Assembly: GCA_025456205.1 (NCBI GenBank)
Contig: JALOLA010000006.1
Coordinates: 10,713-74,712, forward strand
DNA length: 64,000 bases
Direction of reading: 5' to 3'
DNA from: Acidobacteriota bacterium
GTDB taxonomy: Bacteria; Acidobacteriota; Aminicenantia; UBA2199
Each line of letters opens with the position of its first letter. The first letter of the stretch is position 1. Below are positions 41,779 to 51,694 of this stretch, in pieces. The notes beneath the pieces were generated by a model. It made no database searches and was not told where the DNA came from. It saw only the letters and a program-made list of their open reading frames with translations. A program made the translations under genes and the position numbers.

Positions 41779-41895
41779 TCATTGCGTCCGCCATTCCCTG
41801 GGGGCGTTGTCCCCGGTCTTCCCGGGAGCGGCGTCCGCCGCGGGCATGGCCATCAGCAGCAAGAAAAGAATGATCAGGAAAATCAGTTTTTTCAT
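41779..41895 (-). CDS. 38-aa ORF consisting mostly of a signal peptide (small secreted peptide or gene remnant)
   Basis: [38 protein letters not shown]; ATGA overlap with the upstream gene. Confidence 0.5.
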   Translation of the reverse strand: MKKLIFLIILFLLLMAMPAADAAPGKTGDNAPREWRTQ

Positions 41896-42104
41896 GGTTT
41901 CCCCCCGTCTGCGGGCGTTCCGCCTTCGCCCGCCCCGCCTGCCGCCGGGGCCGCCGGCGCTTTTTTACGGCGCCGGCTGATGGCCTCGTGCAGGATGGAC
42001 TCGATCTGGCCGTTGACGCTGCGGAAATCGTCGGCCGCCCATCGTTCCAGCTCTTCCCACATCTCGGGGCTGAGCCGCAGCAGGAATGCTTTTTTGGCGG
42101 GCAT
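41892..42104 (-). CDS. Arc-like ribbon-helix-helix DNA-binding protein
   Basis: [10 protein letters not shown]...[17 protein letters not shown]; directly follows an SPFH gene. Confidence 0.85.
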   Translation of the reverse strand: MPAKKAFLLRLSPEMWEELERWAADDFRSVNGQIESILHEAISRRRKKAPAAPAAGGAGEGGTPADGGKP

Positions 42105-42117
42105 GGGCCAGGGACGC

Positions 42118-43014
42118 TTACTTGTACAGCGTGCCGGCGTTGATCACGGGCTGGGCCTCGGCCTCGCCGCACAGGACGACCAGCAGGTTGCTGACCATGG
42201 CGGCCTTGCGCTCCTCGTCCAGGTCGACGACATTCTTGCTCTTCAGGTCGTCCAGCGCCATCTCGACCATGGACACCGCGCCGTGCACGATCTTGCGCCG
42301 GGCGGCGATGATGGCCTCGGCCTGCTGGCGGCGCAGCATGGCATTGGCGATCTCCGGGGCATAGGCCAGGTGGGTGAGGCGCGTCTCCTCGACCTGCACG
42401 CCGGCTTTCTGCAGCCGTTCCTGGAGTTCCTTTTTCAGGACCAGTGCCACTTCGTCCATGCCGCTGCGCAGCGTCATCTCCTCTTCCTCCTCGCCGTGGT
42501 CATAGGGATAGCAGTTGGCCAGGTGGCGCAGGGCGGCGTCGCTCTGGATCTTGACGTAATGCTCGTAGTGGTCGACGTCAAAGAGGGCGTGGGCAGTGTC
42601 GACCACGCGCCAGACCACCACGGCGGCGATCTCGATGGGGTTGCCGCGCTTGTCATTGACCTTCAGCTTGTCGATCTCGAAGTTGCGGATGCGCCGCGAC
42701 ACCGTGTACTTCGCACGCGGCACGGCCAGTGCCAGCGGATTGGTCCAATGGAAGCCGTCATCGTTGATCGTGCCCTTGTACTTGCCGAAGAGGACCAGCA
42801 CCTTGGCCTCGTTGGGCTGCAGGGTGAAGTAGCCCGGAGGCAGGATGCCGGCCACCACGACCAGCAGGCCTGTGAGCAGCAATACCTGGGCGAGCGACCA
42901 GTGCACATTGTTCGCTCCCTCGAGGAAAACCATGACAATGGCCAGGATCAGCAGTGCATGGATGGCGGCGACGGCCCAGCCTTTGAATGATCGCCCTTGC
43001 TTTTCTTTAGTCAT
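42118..43014 (-). CDS. SPFH/band 7 domain membrane protein
   Basis: [46 protein letters not shown]. Confidence 0.92.
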   Translation of the reverse strand: MTKEKQGRSFKGWAVAAIHALLILAIVMVFLEGANNVHWSLAQVLLLTGLLVVVAGILPPGYFTLQPNEAKVLVLFGKYKGTINDDGFHWTNPLALAVPRAKYTVSRRIRNFEIDKLKVNDKRGNPIEIAAVVVWRVVDTAHALFDVDHYEHYVKIQSDAALRHLANCYPYDHGEEEEEMTLRSGMDEVALVLKKELQERLQKAGVQVEETRLTHLAYAPEIANAMLRRQQAEAIIAARRKIVHGAVSMVEMALDDLKSKNVVDLDEERKAAMVSNLLVVLCGEAEAQPVINAGTLYK

Positions 43015-43028
43015 TCGAACCTCCTAAT

Positions 43029-43078
43029 TGCTATCGAAATGATATCAAAAATATAGCATCACTTTTTGCCGCTGTCAA
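43029..43078 (-). promoter_or_regulatory. sigma70 promoter with candidate RHH operator
   Basis: TTGACA-N17-TATATT followed by TGATATCA-ttt-CGATAGCA just before the SD. Confidence 0.7.
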
Positions 43079-43248
43079 CAAAAAAATTTTCTTTTGAGAT
43101 CAAACTTGTTATCTGTATAACATTTACCCGGGAATGTCTTTCGCTGTCTTCTAAAAAAAAGTGGTTTTCCCGGTTGTTTTACTATAATTGATGGCATTTT
43201 CCCCGATATTCCAGATCGCCGTGCAGCGTCCGCGCAGCAAGCTGTGAT

Positions 43249-43264
43249 TGGCATGGGGTTTGCT
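43249..43264 (+). promoter_or_regulatory. sigma54 (-24/-12) promoter of the PilZ gene
   Basis: TGGCATG-GGGT-TTGCT. Confidence 0.7.
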
Positions 43265-43308
43265 ATTGCTTTTTTGTAGGCGTGCGTCTAAATTGTTGAC
43301 AGGTGGCC

Positions 43309-43662
43309 ATGAAAAAGCGCAAGGAAGCCAGGATCCAAAAGAGCTTGCTGGTCGAGATCAGCAGGAAGGGACTCGAGCAGATGGGCGTCACGCTGAACAT
43401 CTCCCGCCGCGGCATGTGCATCGCCACGACCGGGGTCGTCCGCAAGAGCAGCCGGCTGCAGATCCTCCTGGCGGCAGCCGACGACATCTATGCCGTCACC
43501 GGCCTGGTGGTGTGGAAAAAAAAGAAGCAGAACCCCCAGGGCGAGGAAGCCCCGGTCGGCCTGGGCATCCAGATCGAAAAAGCGCCCCGGGCCTACTTGA
43601 AATATCTTAATGCCGCCGGGGGCGGCTCCCCGCCCTCCGCGAAAGGCCGGAATCGCAGCTGA
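43309..43662 (+). CDS. PilZ domain protein
   Basis: RKEAR (RxxxR) and NISRRG (D/NxSxxG) motifs, G.VVW, GLGIQI. Confidence 0.85.
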   Translation: MKKRKEARIQKSLLVEISRKGLEQMGVTLNISRRGMCIATTGVVRKSSRLQILLAAADDIYAVTGLVVWKKKKQNPQGEEAPVGLGIQIEKAPRAYLKYLNAAGGGSPPSAKGRNRS

Positions 43663-43757
43663 GCATCCCGGGATCTCCCTTTCCTTTACAATAAAGAGGT
43701 TTTGATATAAAATCTGGGTTCCGAAGTTCGTTTTCTCCGCCATCCCGAGGAAAAAAG

Positions 43758-44738
43758 ATGAACGATAAAAAGCGCTACGATAGCCTTGTAGATGTCATCG
43801 GCAATACCCCGATGGTGCGGCTGAACCACGTGGCCGACGATATTCCCGGAGAAGTGTTCGCCAAGCTGGAATTCCTGAATCCCATGGGCAGCTGCAAGGA
43901 CCGCATTGCCCGCTATATGATCGAAAAGGCGGAGAAAGAGGGAAAGATCAGGAAGGGCGACCTGATCATCGAGAATTCCTCGGGCAATACCGCCATGGGC
44001 CTGGCCCTGATCGCCATCCAGAAAGGCTATCGCCTGAAGGTCGTGGTCCGCGACCGCATCAGCCGCGAGAAGCTCGACCAGCTGAAGGCCCTCGGCGTCG
44101 AGATCCACATGGTGGACGCCTCCCTGCCGCCGGAGCATCCCGACAGCTACAACAACATCACGCCGCGGCTGGCCCGGGAGACGCCCAACTGCTTTTTTCC
44201 CGACCAGCACAACAACCGCGATAACAATGAGGCCCATTACCTGGGCACCGGCCCCGAGATCTGGGAGCAAATGGAGGGGCGCATCGACTATTTCGTGGCC
44301 GGCATCGGCACCGGCGGCACCATCGGCGGCACCGCCCGCTTCCTGAAGGAGAAGGATCCCGCCATCCAGGTGGTGGCCGTGGATCCCGTGGGCTCGGTTT
44401 TTTATGAATATTTCCGCTCCAAGAAAATGGTCAGGCCCGGGCCGTACCTGCTCGAGGGATTGGGCGACGAGTTCCTGATCCGCTGCGCCGATTTCAGCGT
44501 CATCGACGACATGTTCCAGGTGACCGATCGCGAGGCGTTCCACACGGCCAGGGAGCTGGCGCTGCGCGAGGGCATCCTGGCCGGCGGCTCGAGCGGCGCC
44601 GCCCTGTGGGCGGTGCGCCAGCTGGCCAGGAAGGTCCGCCGCCCGGCGCGGTTCGTCACCGTATTCCCCGACGGCGCTTCCCGCTACCTGAGCACGATCT
44701 ACAACGACGACTGGCTCGATGAAAAGGGCCTGAAATAA
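43758..44738 (+). CDS. Cysteine synthase / cystathionine beta-synthase family PLP enzyme
   Basis: IGNTPMV, NPMGSCKDR, SSGNTA, GIGTGGT; upstream TTTACA-N17-TAAAAT. Confidence 0.92.
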   Translation: MNDKKRYDSLVDVIGNTPMVRLNHVADDIPGEVFAKLEFLNPMGSCKDRIARYMIEKAEKEGKIRKGDLIIENSSGNTAMGLALIAIQKGYRLKVVVRDRISREKLDQLKALGVEIHMVDASLPPEHPDSYNNITPRLARETPNCFFPDQHNNRDNNEAHYLGTGPEIWEQMEGRIDYFVAGIGTGGTIGGTARFLKEKDPAIQVVAVDPVGSVFYEYFRSKKMVRPGPYLLEGLGDEFLIRCADFSVIDDMFQVTDREAFHTARELALREGILAGGSSGAALWAVRQLARKVRRPARFVTVFPDGASRYLSTIYNDDWLDEKGLK

Positions 44739-44839
44739 ATAAAAACGCCGTTTCTTCCCCGTTTCCGCTCCTTTCTGCAAGGTCGCAGAACTTTTTTTGT
44801 TTTTCCTGCGTAATTAAGGCATACCGCTGGAGGCGTCCG

Positions 44840-46393
44840 ATGAAAAAAACAGTCGCGATCAGTATGATGCTCCTTGTTCTGGGCCTGACCGGCCTGGCCC
44901 AGGACCCGCCGACACGTTCCCTGACCCTGGCCGACGTGATCGAGCAGACCCTGAAGAACAACCTCGACCTGCAGATAGAGATGTCCAATCCCGAGATCGC
45001 CCGGGCGCTCAAGAACAAGAGCCAGTCGATCTTCATTCCCACCCTTTCCGTCAATTACAACCGCACGTCGACTTCCACTCCTAGTTCCAGCATCTTCACC
45101 GGAGCCGACATCGAAAAGGCCGACGCCGGCTCGCTGAATTTCACGCTGTCGCAGCGGCTGCTGCTCGGCGGCAACCTGGACATCACCCTGGACAACTCCC
45201 GCAGCTCGACCAACTCGCGCTTCACGCAGATCAACCCGCGCTACAATTCCCAGATGCGCTTCAACCTCACCCAGCCGCTGCTGAAGGATTTCGGCCTCAC
45301 GGCCACCAAGAGGAACATCTACCTCGCCCGCAACAACCAGGGCCGGTCGATCTTCGCCCTGAAGCAGCAGGTGATCGACCTGATCTACCAGACCGAGGAG
45401 GCGTATTGGAACCTCGTCTACTCGCACCAGAACATGGCCGTCAAGGAGAAATCGCTGCAGCTGGCCAAGGACCTGCTGAAGCAGAACGAGATCCAGGTCA
45501 AGGTCGGCGTCTCGGCACCGATGGACATCCTCACCGCCCAGGCCGAGGTGGCAGCCCGCGAAAGCGAGACGCTGCAGGCGCGCAGCCAGATCCAGACCTA
45601 TGAGGAGAACCTGCGCCGCATCCTGAACATCAGCCAAATGCCCGAGGCCATCGTGCCCCAGGACCAGCCGCTGTTCAACCCGGTCCAGGCGGACCTGAAC
45701 GACTTCCTGCAGACCGCCCTGGAAAAACGCCCCGATATCGAACAGGTGCGCCTCGACCTGAAGAGCAAGAACATCGACGTCCGCTACTACCGCAACCAGC
45801 TGCTTCCCGACCTGCAGCTCACCGCCTCCTATTATACCAAGGGCCTGAGCGGCACGCCGCAGGACGTGGACATCATCCTCATTGCCGACGGCGGCAACGG
45901 GGCCGGCGCCATCGGTGGCAACCTCAGCGATGCCCTGCGCGACGTGCTGAAGAGCCTCTACAAGAACTACGCCATCGGCCTGCAGCTGTCCATCCCGGTG
46001 GTCAACACCTCCGGGCGCGCCGACCTGGTGCAGGCGCGGCTCAACCTCGAGCAGTCGATGCTGACGCTGAAGAAGACCGAGAGCACGATCTATTCCGAGG
46101 TCAAGCAGATCATCATGGACCTGGAGACCAACGCCAAGATCGTCGAAGCCAACCGCATCTCCCGCGAGCTGGCCGACCAGAAGCTGGCCGCCGAGCAGAA
46201 AAAGCTGTCGGTCGGGCTCTCGACCAACTACCTGGTCCTGCAGTACCAGCGGGACTTCGCCAACGCCCAGATCGCCGAGCTGAAGTCGCTGATCGACTAC
46301 AACCTGGCCCTTTCGCGAGTCGACAGGGTGCTGGGCACGACCCTGGAGAAGCACCACCTCGAATTCGCCGATTTCCTGGCGGGCAATAAATAA
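44840..46393 (+). CDS. TolC family outer membrane efflux protein
   Basis: Signal peptide, NNLDL, QPLLKDFG, AYWNL, RPDI..., LLPDL. Confidence 0.88.
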   Translation: MKKTVAISMMLLVLGLTGLAQDPPTRSLTLADVIEQTLKNNLDLQIEMSNPEIARALKNKSQSIFIPTLSVNYNRTSTSTPSSSIFTGADIEKADAGSLNFTLSQRLLLGGNLDITLDNSRSSTNSRFTQINPRYNSQMRFNLTQPLLKDFGLTATKRNIYLARNNQGRSIFALKQQVIDLIYQTEEAYWNLVYSHQNMAVKEKSLQLAKDLLKQNEIQVKVGVSAPMDILTAQAEVAARESETLQARSQIQTYEENLRRILNISQMPEAIVPQDQPLFNPVQADLNDFLQTALEKRPDIEQVRLDLKSKNIDVRYYRNQLLPDLQLTASYYTKGLSGTPQDVDIILIADGGNGAGAIGGNLSDALRDVLKSLYKNYAIGLQLSIPVVNTSGRADLVQARLNLEQSMLTLKKTESTIYSEVKQIIMDLETNAKIVEANRISRELADQKLAAEQKKLSVGLSTNYLVLQYQRDFANAQIAELKSLIDYNLALSRVDRVLGTTLEKHHLEFADFLAGNK

Positions 46394-46416
46394 ATAGGGC
46401 CAATTTCCTCCCCTTG

Positions 46417-46445
46417 TTTACAAGGGTATTCTTTTCTGGTAAAAT
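46417..46445 (+). promoter_or_regulatory. sigma70 promoter of rpsO-pnp
   Basis: TTTACA-N17-TAAAAT with extended -10 TG. Confidence 0.7.
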
Positions 46446-46479
46446 ATGTTCTAATCTCGCACAATAACAGGAGGAAATT

Positions 46480-46749
46480 GTGAGCATCACCAAGGAAACC
46501 AAGCAGAACTTGATCGGCCGGTTTCAGATAAATGACAAGGACACGGGTTCGTCCGAAGTTCAGATATCGATTTTGACCGAAAGGATCCGCAGCCTGACCG
46601 AGCATTTCAAGACGCACCAGAAGGACAACCATTCGCGCAAGGGCCTGCTGACCATGGTCTCGACGCGCAAGAAGCTGTTGAATTACCTGCGCAAGACCGA
46701 CTATGACAAATATCTGAAGATCATCCAGGAACTGGAACTCAGGAAGTAA
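46480..46749 (+). CDS. rpsO: 30S ribosomal protein S15
   Basis: [23 protein letters not shown]. Confidence 0.97.
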   Translation: MSITKETKQNLIGRFQINDKDTGSSEVQISILTERIRSLTEHFKTHQKDNHSRKGLLTMVSTRKKLLNYLRKTDYDKYLKIIQELELRK

Positions 46750-46768
46750 TTTTTCTCAGGAGACATAC

Positions 46769-48850
46769 ATGCAAAAATCAATCCAGATCGCAATAGAGGG
46801 TTCTACCCTTAAAATCGACATCCACCGCTGGGCCCGCCAGTCCAACGGCTCGGCCCTGCTCACCTACAAGGACAACATGATCCTGGTCACCGCCAACATG
46901 CGGGACGAGGCGAAAGAGGGGCAGGATTTCCTGCCGCTCATGGTCGATTTCCGCGAGAACACGTACTCTGCCGGCAAGATCCCCGGCGGTTTCTTCAAGC
47001 GCGAGGGCAAGCCCTCTGAAAAGGAAGTGCTGCTCTCCCGCCTGATCGACCGTCCCATCCGCCCCCTGTTCCCCGAGAACTACCACCACGACACCCAGGT
47101 GATCGCCATGCTGCTCTCGGCTGACTTCAGCATCGATTACGACGCCATGGGCATCATCGGCGCCTCCGCCGCCCTGCTCTCCTCGACCATCCCCTTCACC
47201 ACCCCGCTGGCCGCCGTCAAGATCGGCTGGAAGGCCGGGCAGTATGTCATCAATCCCGGCCTGGACATGCGCAAGGAACTGGACATGATCCTGCTGGTGG
47301 CCGGCACGGAGAGCGAGGTGGTCATGCTCGAGGCCGGCGGCAACGAGTTCTCCGACCAGGTGTTCCTGGAAGGGCTGCGCCGGGCCAAGGAAGTGATCTC
47401 CGCCATCTGCCAGGCGCAGAAGGAGCTGATCAATCCCGATAAAATGGCCCTCACTCCCAAGCCGGAGACGGCCGCCCTGGCCGCCGATATCCGCGGGAGA
47501 TTCTCCGCCCAGATCCGCGACGCCATCTTCACCCAGGACCGCGTGCTGCGCCGCCTCAAGATCAAGGCCATCATGGAGGAGATCCAGCAGGGCAAGGACG
47601 ACCCGGCGGAGATCAGCCGCATCAAGGGCGCCTTCGAGGCCGTCGAAGCCCAGGTCTTTCGCGAGACGCTCCTGAAGGAAAAGCGGCGCACCGACAACCG
47701 CTCCTACACCGAGATCCGCCCGATCTCCATCGAGCTGGGCATCCTGCCGCGCGTCCACGGCTCGGCTGTCTTCACCCGCGGCGAGACCCAGTCGCTTTCG
47801 ACCGTCACCCTGGGCTCCGAGGACGATGCCCAGCGCCTGGACCTTCTCAGCGGCGAGGATTTCAAGAAGAAGTTCCTCCTGCACTATAACTTCCCGCCCT
47901 TTTCGGTGGGCGAGGTCAGCTTCCTCAGGGGAGCGGGCCGCCGCGAGATCGGGCATGGCAACCTGGCCGAGAAGGCCCTGAAGCAGATCATCCCGGACAA
48001 TGAAGCGTTCCCCTACACCATCCGCGTGGTCTCCGACATCCTGGAATCGAACGGTTCCTCCTCCATGGCCACGGTCTGCGGCGGCACGCTGGCCCTGATG
48101 AACGCCGGCGTGCCCATCAAGGCGCCGGTGGCCGGCATCGCCATGGGCCTGGTCAAGGAGGGCAACGAATTCGCCGTCCTGACCGACATCGCCGGCTACG
48201 AGGACCATTTCGGCGACATGGACTTCAAGGTCGCGGGCACCGAAAAGGGCATCACCGCCATCCAGCTGGACATCAAGATCGGCGGCCTGACCGACGAGGT
48301 CATCCGCCGCACCATCGAGGACGCCCGCGCCGCCTACCTGGCCATCCTGGCCAAGATGAAGCAGGCCATTCCCGCGCCGTCGACAAAGCTGTCCGAGTAC
48401 GCCCCGGTGATCCTGACCATGATGATCAACGTCGACAAGATCCGCGACCTGATCGGCCCGGGCGGCAAGACCATCAAGGAGCTCGTGGCCACCTTCAACG
48501 CCAAGATCAACGTCGAGGACGATGGCAAGGTCTCCATCGCCGCCGCCAACCGCGAGCTGGGGGAGAGGGTGATGGCCCGCATCGAGGAGCTGACCGGCTC
48601 TCCCGAGGTCGACAAGGTCTACAACGGCAAGATCAACCGCATCGAGGATTACGGCCTGTTCGTGGAGATCATGCCCGGCGTCACCGGGCTGCTGCACGTT
48701 TCCGAGGTCTCCCAGCGCCGCATCCGCGATGTCCGCCAGGAATACAAGCTGGGCGACATGATCGAGGTCAAAGTGATGTCCCTGGACCGCGACGGCAAGA
48801 TGAAGCTGAGCCACAAGGTCCTGGAGAACAGCTCGCGCAGCGGGGAATGA
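46769..48850 (+). CDS. pnp: Polyribonucleotide nucleotidyltransferase
   Basis: IPGGFFKREG, RREIGHG, ESNGSSSMA, GDMDFKVAG, KH and S1 domains. Confidence 0.97.
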   Translation: MQKSIQIAIEGSTLKIDIHRWARQSNGSALLTYKDNMILVTANMRDEAKEGQDFLPLMVDFRENTYSAGKIPGGFFKREGKPSEKEVLLSRLIDRPIRPLFPENYHHDTQVIAMLLSADFSIDYDAMGIIGASAALLSSTIPFTTPLAAVKIGWKAGQYVINPGLDMRKELDMILLVAGTESEVVMLEAGGNEFSDQVFLEGLRRAKEVISAICQAQKELINPDKMALTPKPETAALAADIRGRFSAQIRDAIFTQDRVLRRLKIKAIMEEIQQGKDDPAEISRIKGAFEAVEAQVFRETLLKEKRRTDNRSYTEIRPISIELGILPRVHGSAVFTRGETQSLSTVTLGSEDDAQRLDLLSGEDFKKKFLLHYNFPPFSVGEVSFLRGAGRREIGHGNLAEKALKQIIPDNEAFPYTIRVVSDILESNGSSSMATVCGGTLALMNAGVPIKAPVAGIAMGLVKEGNEFAVLTDIAGYEDHFGDMDFKVAGTEKGITAIQLDIKIGGLTDEVIRRTIEDARAAYLAILAKMKQAIPAPSTKLSEYAPVILTMMINVDKIRDLIGPGGKTIKELVATFNAKINVEDDGKVSIAAANRELGERVMARIEELTGSPEVDKVYNGKINRIEDYGLFVEIMPGVTGLLHVSEVSQRRIRDVRQEYKLGDMIEVKVMSLDRDGKMKLSHKVLENSSRSGE

Positions 48851-48890
48851 GCAGAGGGGCGGTCCACCCGCCCGCTCGGGAGGCGTGACC

Positions 48891-49400
48891 ATGCAAGCTA
48901 GCCGCCGGGCCGCAGCGGGCGCCGTCCCGCCGCTTCGTGCCGGCGGGAAGCGCGGCTTCACCCTGATCGAGGTCATCACCGTCACCGTCATCATCGGCGT
49001 CCTGGCCGCGGCCGCCCTGCCCCTGGCCCACAACGCCTTCCAGCGCGAGAAAGAGATCGAGCTGCGCCGCGCCCTGCGCCTGCTGCGCACCGCCATCGAC
49101 GACTACAAGAAGTTCGTCGAGGACTTCAAGCTCGAGGTGGACGAGGACACCTACGGTTACCCCGAGAAGCTGGACATCCTGGTCAAGGGCGTCGAGTACA
49201 AGGACAAGAAGGGCAAGACCCGCATCATGAAGTTCCTGCGCCGCATCCCGGTCGACCCGTTCAGCGGCTCCGGCGAATGGGGCCTGCGCTCCTACCAGGA
49301 CAAGCTCGGCTCGCGCCGCTGGGGCGGGCAGAACGTCTGGGACGTCTACTGCGATTCCGACAAGAAGGCGCTCGACGGCACCGACTTCCGCGACTGGTGA
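48891..49400 (+). CDS. Type II secretion pseudopilin (PulG/GspG-like)
   Basis: RG|FTLIE, REKEIELR, GYP, FLRRIPVDP, WGLRSYQD. Confidence 0.85.
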   Translation: MQASRRAAAGAVPPLRAGGKRGFTLIEVITVTVIIGVLAAAALPLAHNAFQREKEIELRRALRLLRTAIDDYKKFVEDFKLEVDEDTYGYPEKLDILVKGVEYKDKKGKTRIMKFLRRIPVDPFSGSGEWGLRSYQDKLGSRRWGGQNVWDVYCDSDKKALDGTDFRDW

Positions 49401-49414
49401 GCGGCGCCGGGGTG

Positions 49415-51604
49415 CTACAGGCTCAGGCTCAGTCCCATGGAGAGGTCAATGCCCCGGGCCAGGGGAATGTCGGGATCGCCGTTGGCGTAATACGCGCGGT
49501 TGAACACGTTGGCGATCTTGGCGAACAGCAGCACGCGGCTGGAGAAATAGCAGCCGGCCTTGAGATCGCAGACCTGAAAGGCGGGAACGGCGCTCTCTGC
49601 CGGGCCCGGCCGGCGTTGCGCCGTCGCGGCCAGCCAGTCCACCTCGGCCCAAAGCCGGCCCAGCCATAGCTTCGTTCCCAGGAACAGCCGGGCGCTGGGG
49701 ACGTCGTTCAGCGCGCCGCCGCCGCCGCTGCTGCCGCGATAATAAAAGCCGTTGCCGAAGATCTCCAGTTTTTGCAGGGGGTAATATTGGAACTCCAGCT
49801 CCAGGCCGCGGACGCGGCCGCTCTCGATGTTGGCGTAGGTATATGCCGTGCCGCCCAAGGGAAATTTCTCGATCATGCCGCGGATGGAGCATTGAAAAAG
49901 AGCGGCGGCGATAAAAAGGTCGCGGCCATGGACCTTGACGCCGGCGTCGAGGTTGAGGCTTTTTTCCGGCTCCAGGCCCGGATTGCCGACGATCGTGCTG
50001 CGGCCGGTGATGCCGGTATAGAATGATTCGCTCAGGGAAGGCTGGCGGAAGGCCGTGCCGGCGTTGACGAAAAGGGTCAGGCTGTTCCTTATCCTGCGGG
50101 TGGCCCCCAGGAAAAACGCCGGCGCCAGCGAGCGGCTTTCCAGGAAAACCCCGGAAGACCGGGCGCTGCGGCAAAACGATCCCAGGCGAACCCCGGCGAG
50201 CCAGTCAAGGCCGTGCGGGGACTGCCAGGAAAGCGTGGAATAGAGCCCCAGGTCGCCGCGCCGGCCGTCGGCCAGCGGCACGGCAGCCTCGCTCAGAACG
50301 CCCTGCTGCCAGGTTTCGTTCACCATCTCCACGCCGCCGCGGCCGTAGTAATCGATGCCGGATTGCAGGGAGAGCCTTTCGGAAAAACGCTTCTTCAAAA
50401 AGGCGCGGAAGCCGAAGTCGAGGGCATCGTTCCGCGACACCTCCTTCTGGCGCACGGCCGGCCTGACCTTGTTCAGCTCGTAATCGCTGGCGTTGACGAA
50501 CAAGGCGATATTCAGCGAGCCGGCCGCCGGCCAGCCGTCTTCGCGATAGGAGAAGTTCAGCAGGCGCGTGTTCTCCTCGGGATAGAAGGAGGACACGGCA
50601 AGGTCGTTGGCGCGGTCGGGCTTGCCGACGTCCCGCCCGGCCGAGCCCAGGAAGCGCAGGCGGAAGCCGCGCTTTTCCGTGTCGTAGCCGATGTCCAATG
50701 ACCCGGAATAATAGCGATAGCCGGAGTTCAGCACCGTTCCCTTTCCCGAAGCGTAATTGCCGGCCTGCGCGACCTGGGCGGCAACGAGCCAGGAAAGACC
50801 GCCCGCCTTGCCGCGCAGGGAGATGCCACCGTTGAGCTTCTCGTCAGCGGAATGACCGCTGAGGTTCAGGGTGCAGAACCCGGGCTCGGGATCGCCGCCG
50901 GCGCGGGAAAACACCTGGATCACGCCGCCGATGGCATCGGAGCCGTAAAGGACCGACGAAGCGGAACGGGAGACCTCGACCTGGCGGACCAGCTCCGGGG
51001 GGAAGAAATGGCCGGAGGTGCCGGCACTGCGATCGCTGGTAATGCGCGCCCCGTCGACCAGGAACAGGACGCGCCGCCGCGCCAGGCCGCGGATGCTCGG
51101 CGTGACCGCGATGCCGCCCTTGCCGATGAAATGGACCCCGGGCGAATTCTGGACCGCCTGGGTGACCGATTCGGGCAGTTCCTCGCGCAGCGTCATGCCG
51201 CTGATGACCTTCTGGGCCGCCGGGACGGCAATGGCTTTCTCGGCGCTGTTCATGGCGGTGACGGCCACGTCCTCCTTGAGCTGGCGGACGGGGATCAGGT
51301 ACACCTTCATGCGCACGGCGGCGCCTCTGAGGGAGATGACCCTTTTCTCCAGGTGGAACTGGGTGGAAACGAAATGAAGAGTCAGAAAAGGGATGGCTTC
51401 ATCGACGCTGAAGGCGAAGGCGCCGTCGGCGTCGGTGACGACGGCGTGCTCACCGTCGGCGACCTTGACGACGATCCCGGCCAGCGGCCGGTCGTGAATG
51501 TCGCGCACCGTGCCGCGCACCTCCAGCGCCGCCAGCGGCATGGCGAGCGTTGTCAGCAGGCAGGCGAGGTAAAGGGATCGGCGCTTTTTTTTTCTTAAGG
51601 CCAT
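49415..51604 (-). CDS. TonB-dependent receptor with N-terminal carboxypeptidase-regulatory-like domain
   Basis: GTVRD..G..TDADG.F, SIRG, SVLYGSDAIGGVI, GNPGLEPE. Confidence 0.9.
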   Translation of the reverse strand: MALRKKKRRSLYLACLLTTLAMPLAALEVRGTVRDIHDRPLAGIVVKVADGEHAVVTDADGAFAFSVDEAIPFLTLHFVSTQFHLEKRVISLRGAAVRMKVYLIPVRQLKEDVAVTAMNSAEKAIAVPAAQKVISGMTLREELPESVTQAVQNSPGVHFIGKGGIAVTPSIRGLARRRVLFLVDGARITSDRSAGTSGHFFPPELVRQVEVSRSASSVLYGSDAIGGVIQVFSRAGGDPEPGFCTLNLSGHSADEKLNGGISLRGKAGGLSWLVAAQVAQAGNYASGKGTVLNSGYRYYSGSLDIGYDTEKRGFRLRFLGSAGRDVGKPDRANDLAVSSFYPEENTRLLNFSYREDGWPAAGSLNIALFVNASDYELNKVRPAVRQKEVSRNDALDFGFRAFLKKRFSERLSLQSGIDYYGRGGVEMVNETWQQGVLSEAAVPLADGRRGDLGLYSTLSWQSPHGLDWLAGVRLGSFCRSARSSGVFLESRSLAPAFFLGATRRIRNSLTLFVNAGTAFRQPSLSESFYTGITGRSTIVGNPGLEPEKSLNLDAGVKVHGRDLFIAAALFQCSIRGMIEKFPLGGTAYTYANIESGRVRGLELEFQYYPLQKLEIFGNGFYYRGSSGGGGALNDVPSARLFLGTKLWLGRLWAEVDWLAATAQRRPGPAESAVPAFQVCDLKAGCYFSSRVLLFAKIANVFNRAYYANGDPDIPLARGIDLSMGLSLSL

Positions 51605-51694
51605 TCACCCTGTGTACGTCCTGAGACGCCGTTTGTTTCGGGCGGCGGTTGCCTGCGCTGTCGTGATTTGCTATCATGGGCGCCAGGAGGGGGA

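Noticed and set aside
43080-43300. c-di-GMP riboswitch upstream of the PilZ gene
   Set aside because: No GEMM-like conserved motifs recognised; a sigma54 promoter explains the region better
40139-43700. Genomic island integrated at tRNA-His
   Set aside because: No integrase, no repeat of the tRNA 3' end seen, and downstream composition is host-like
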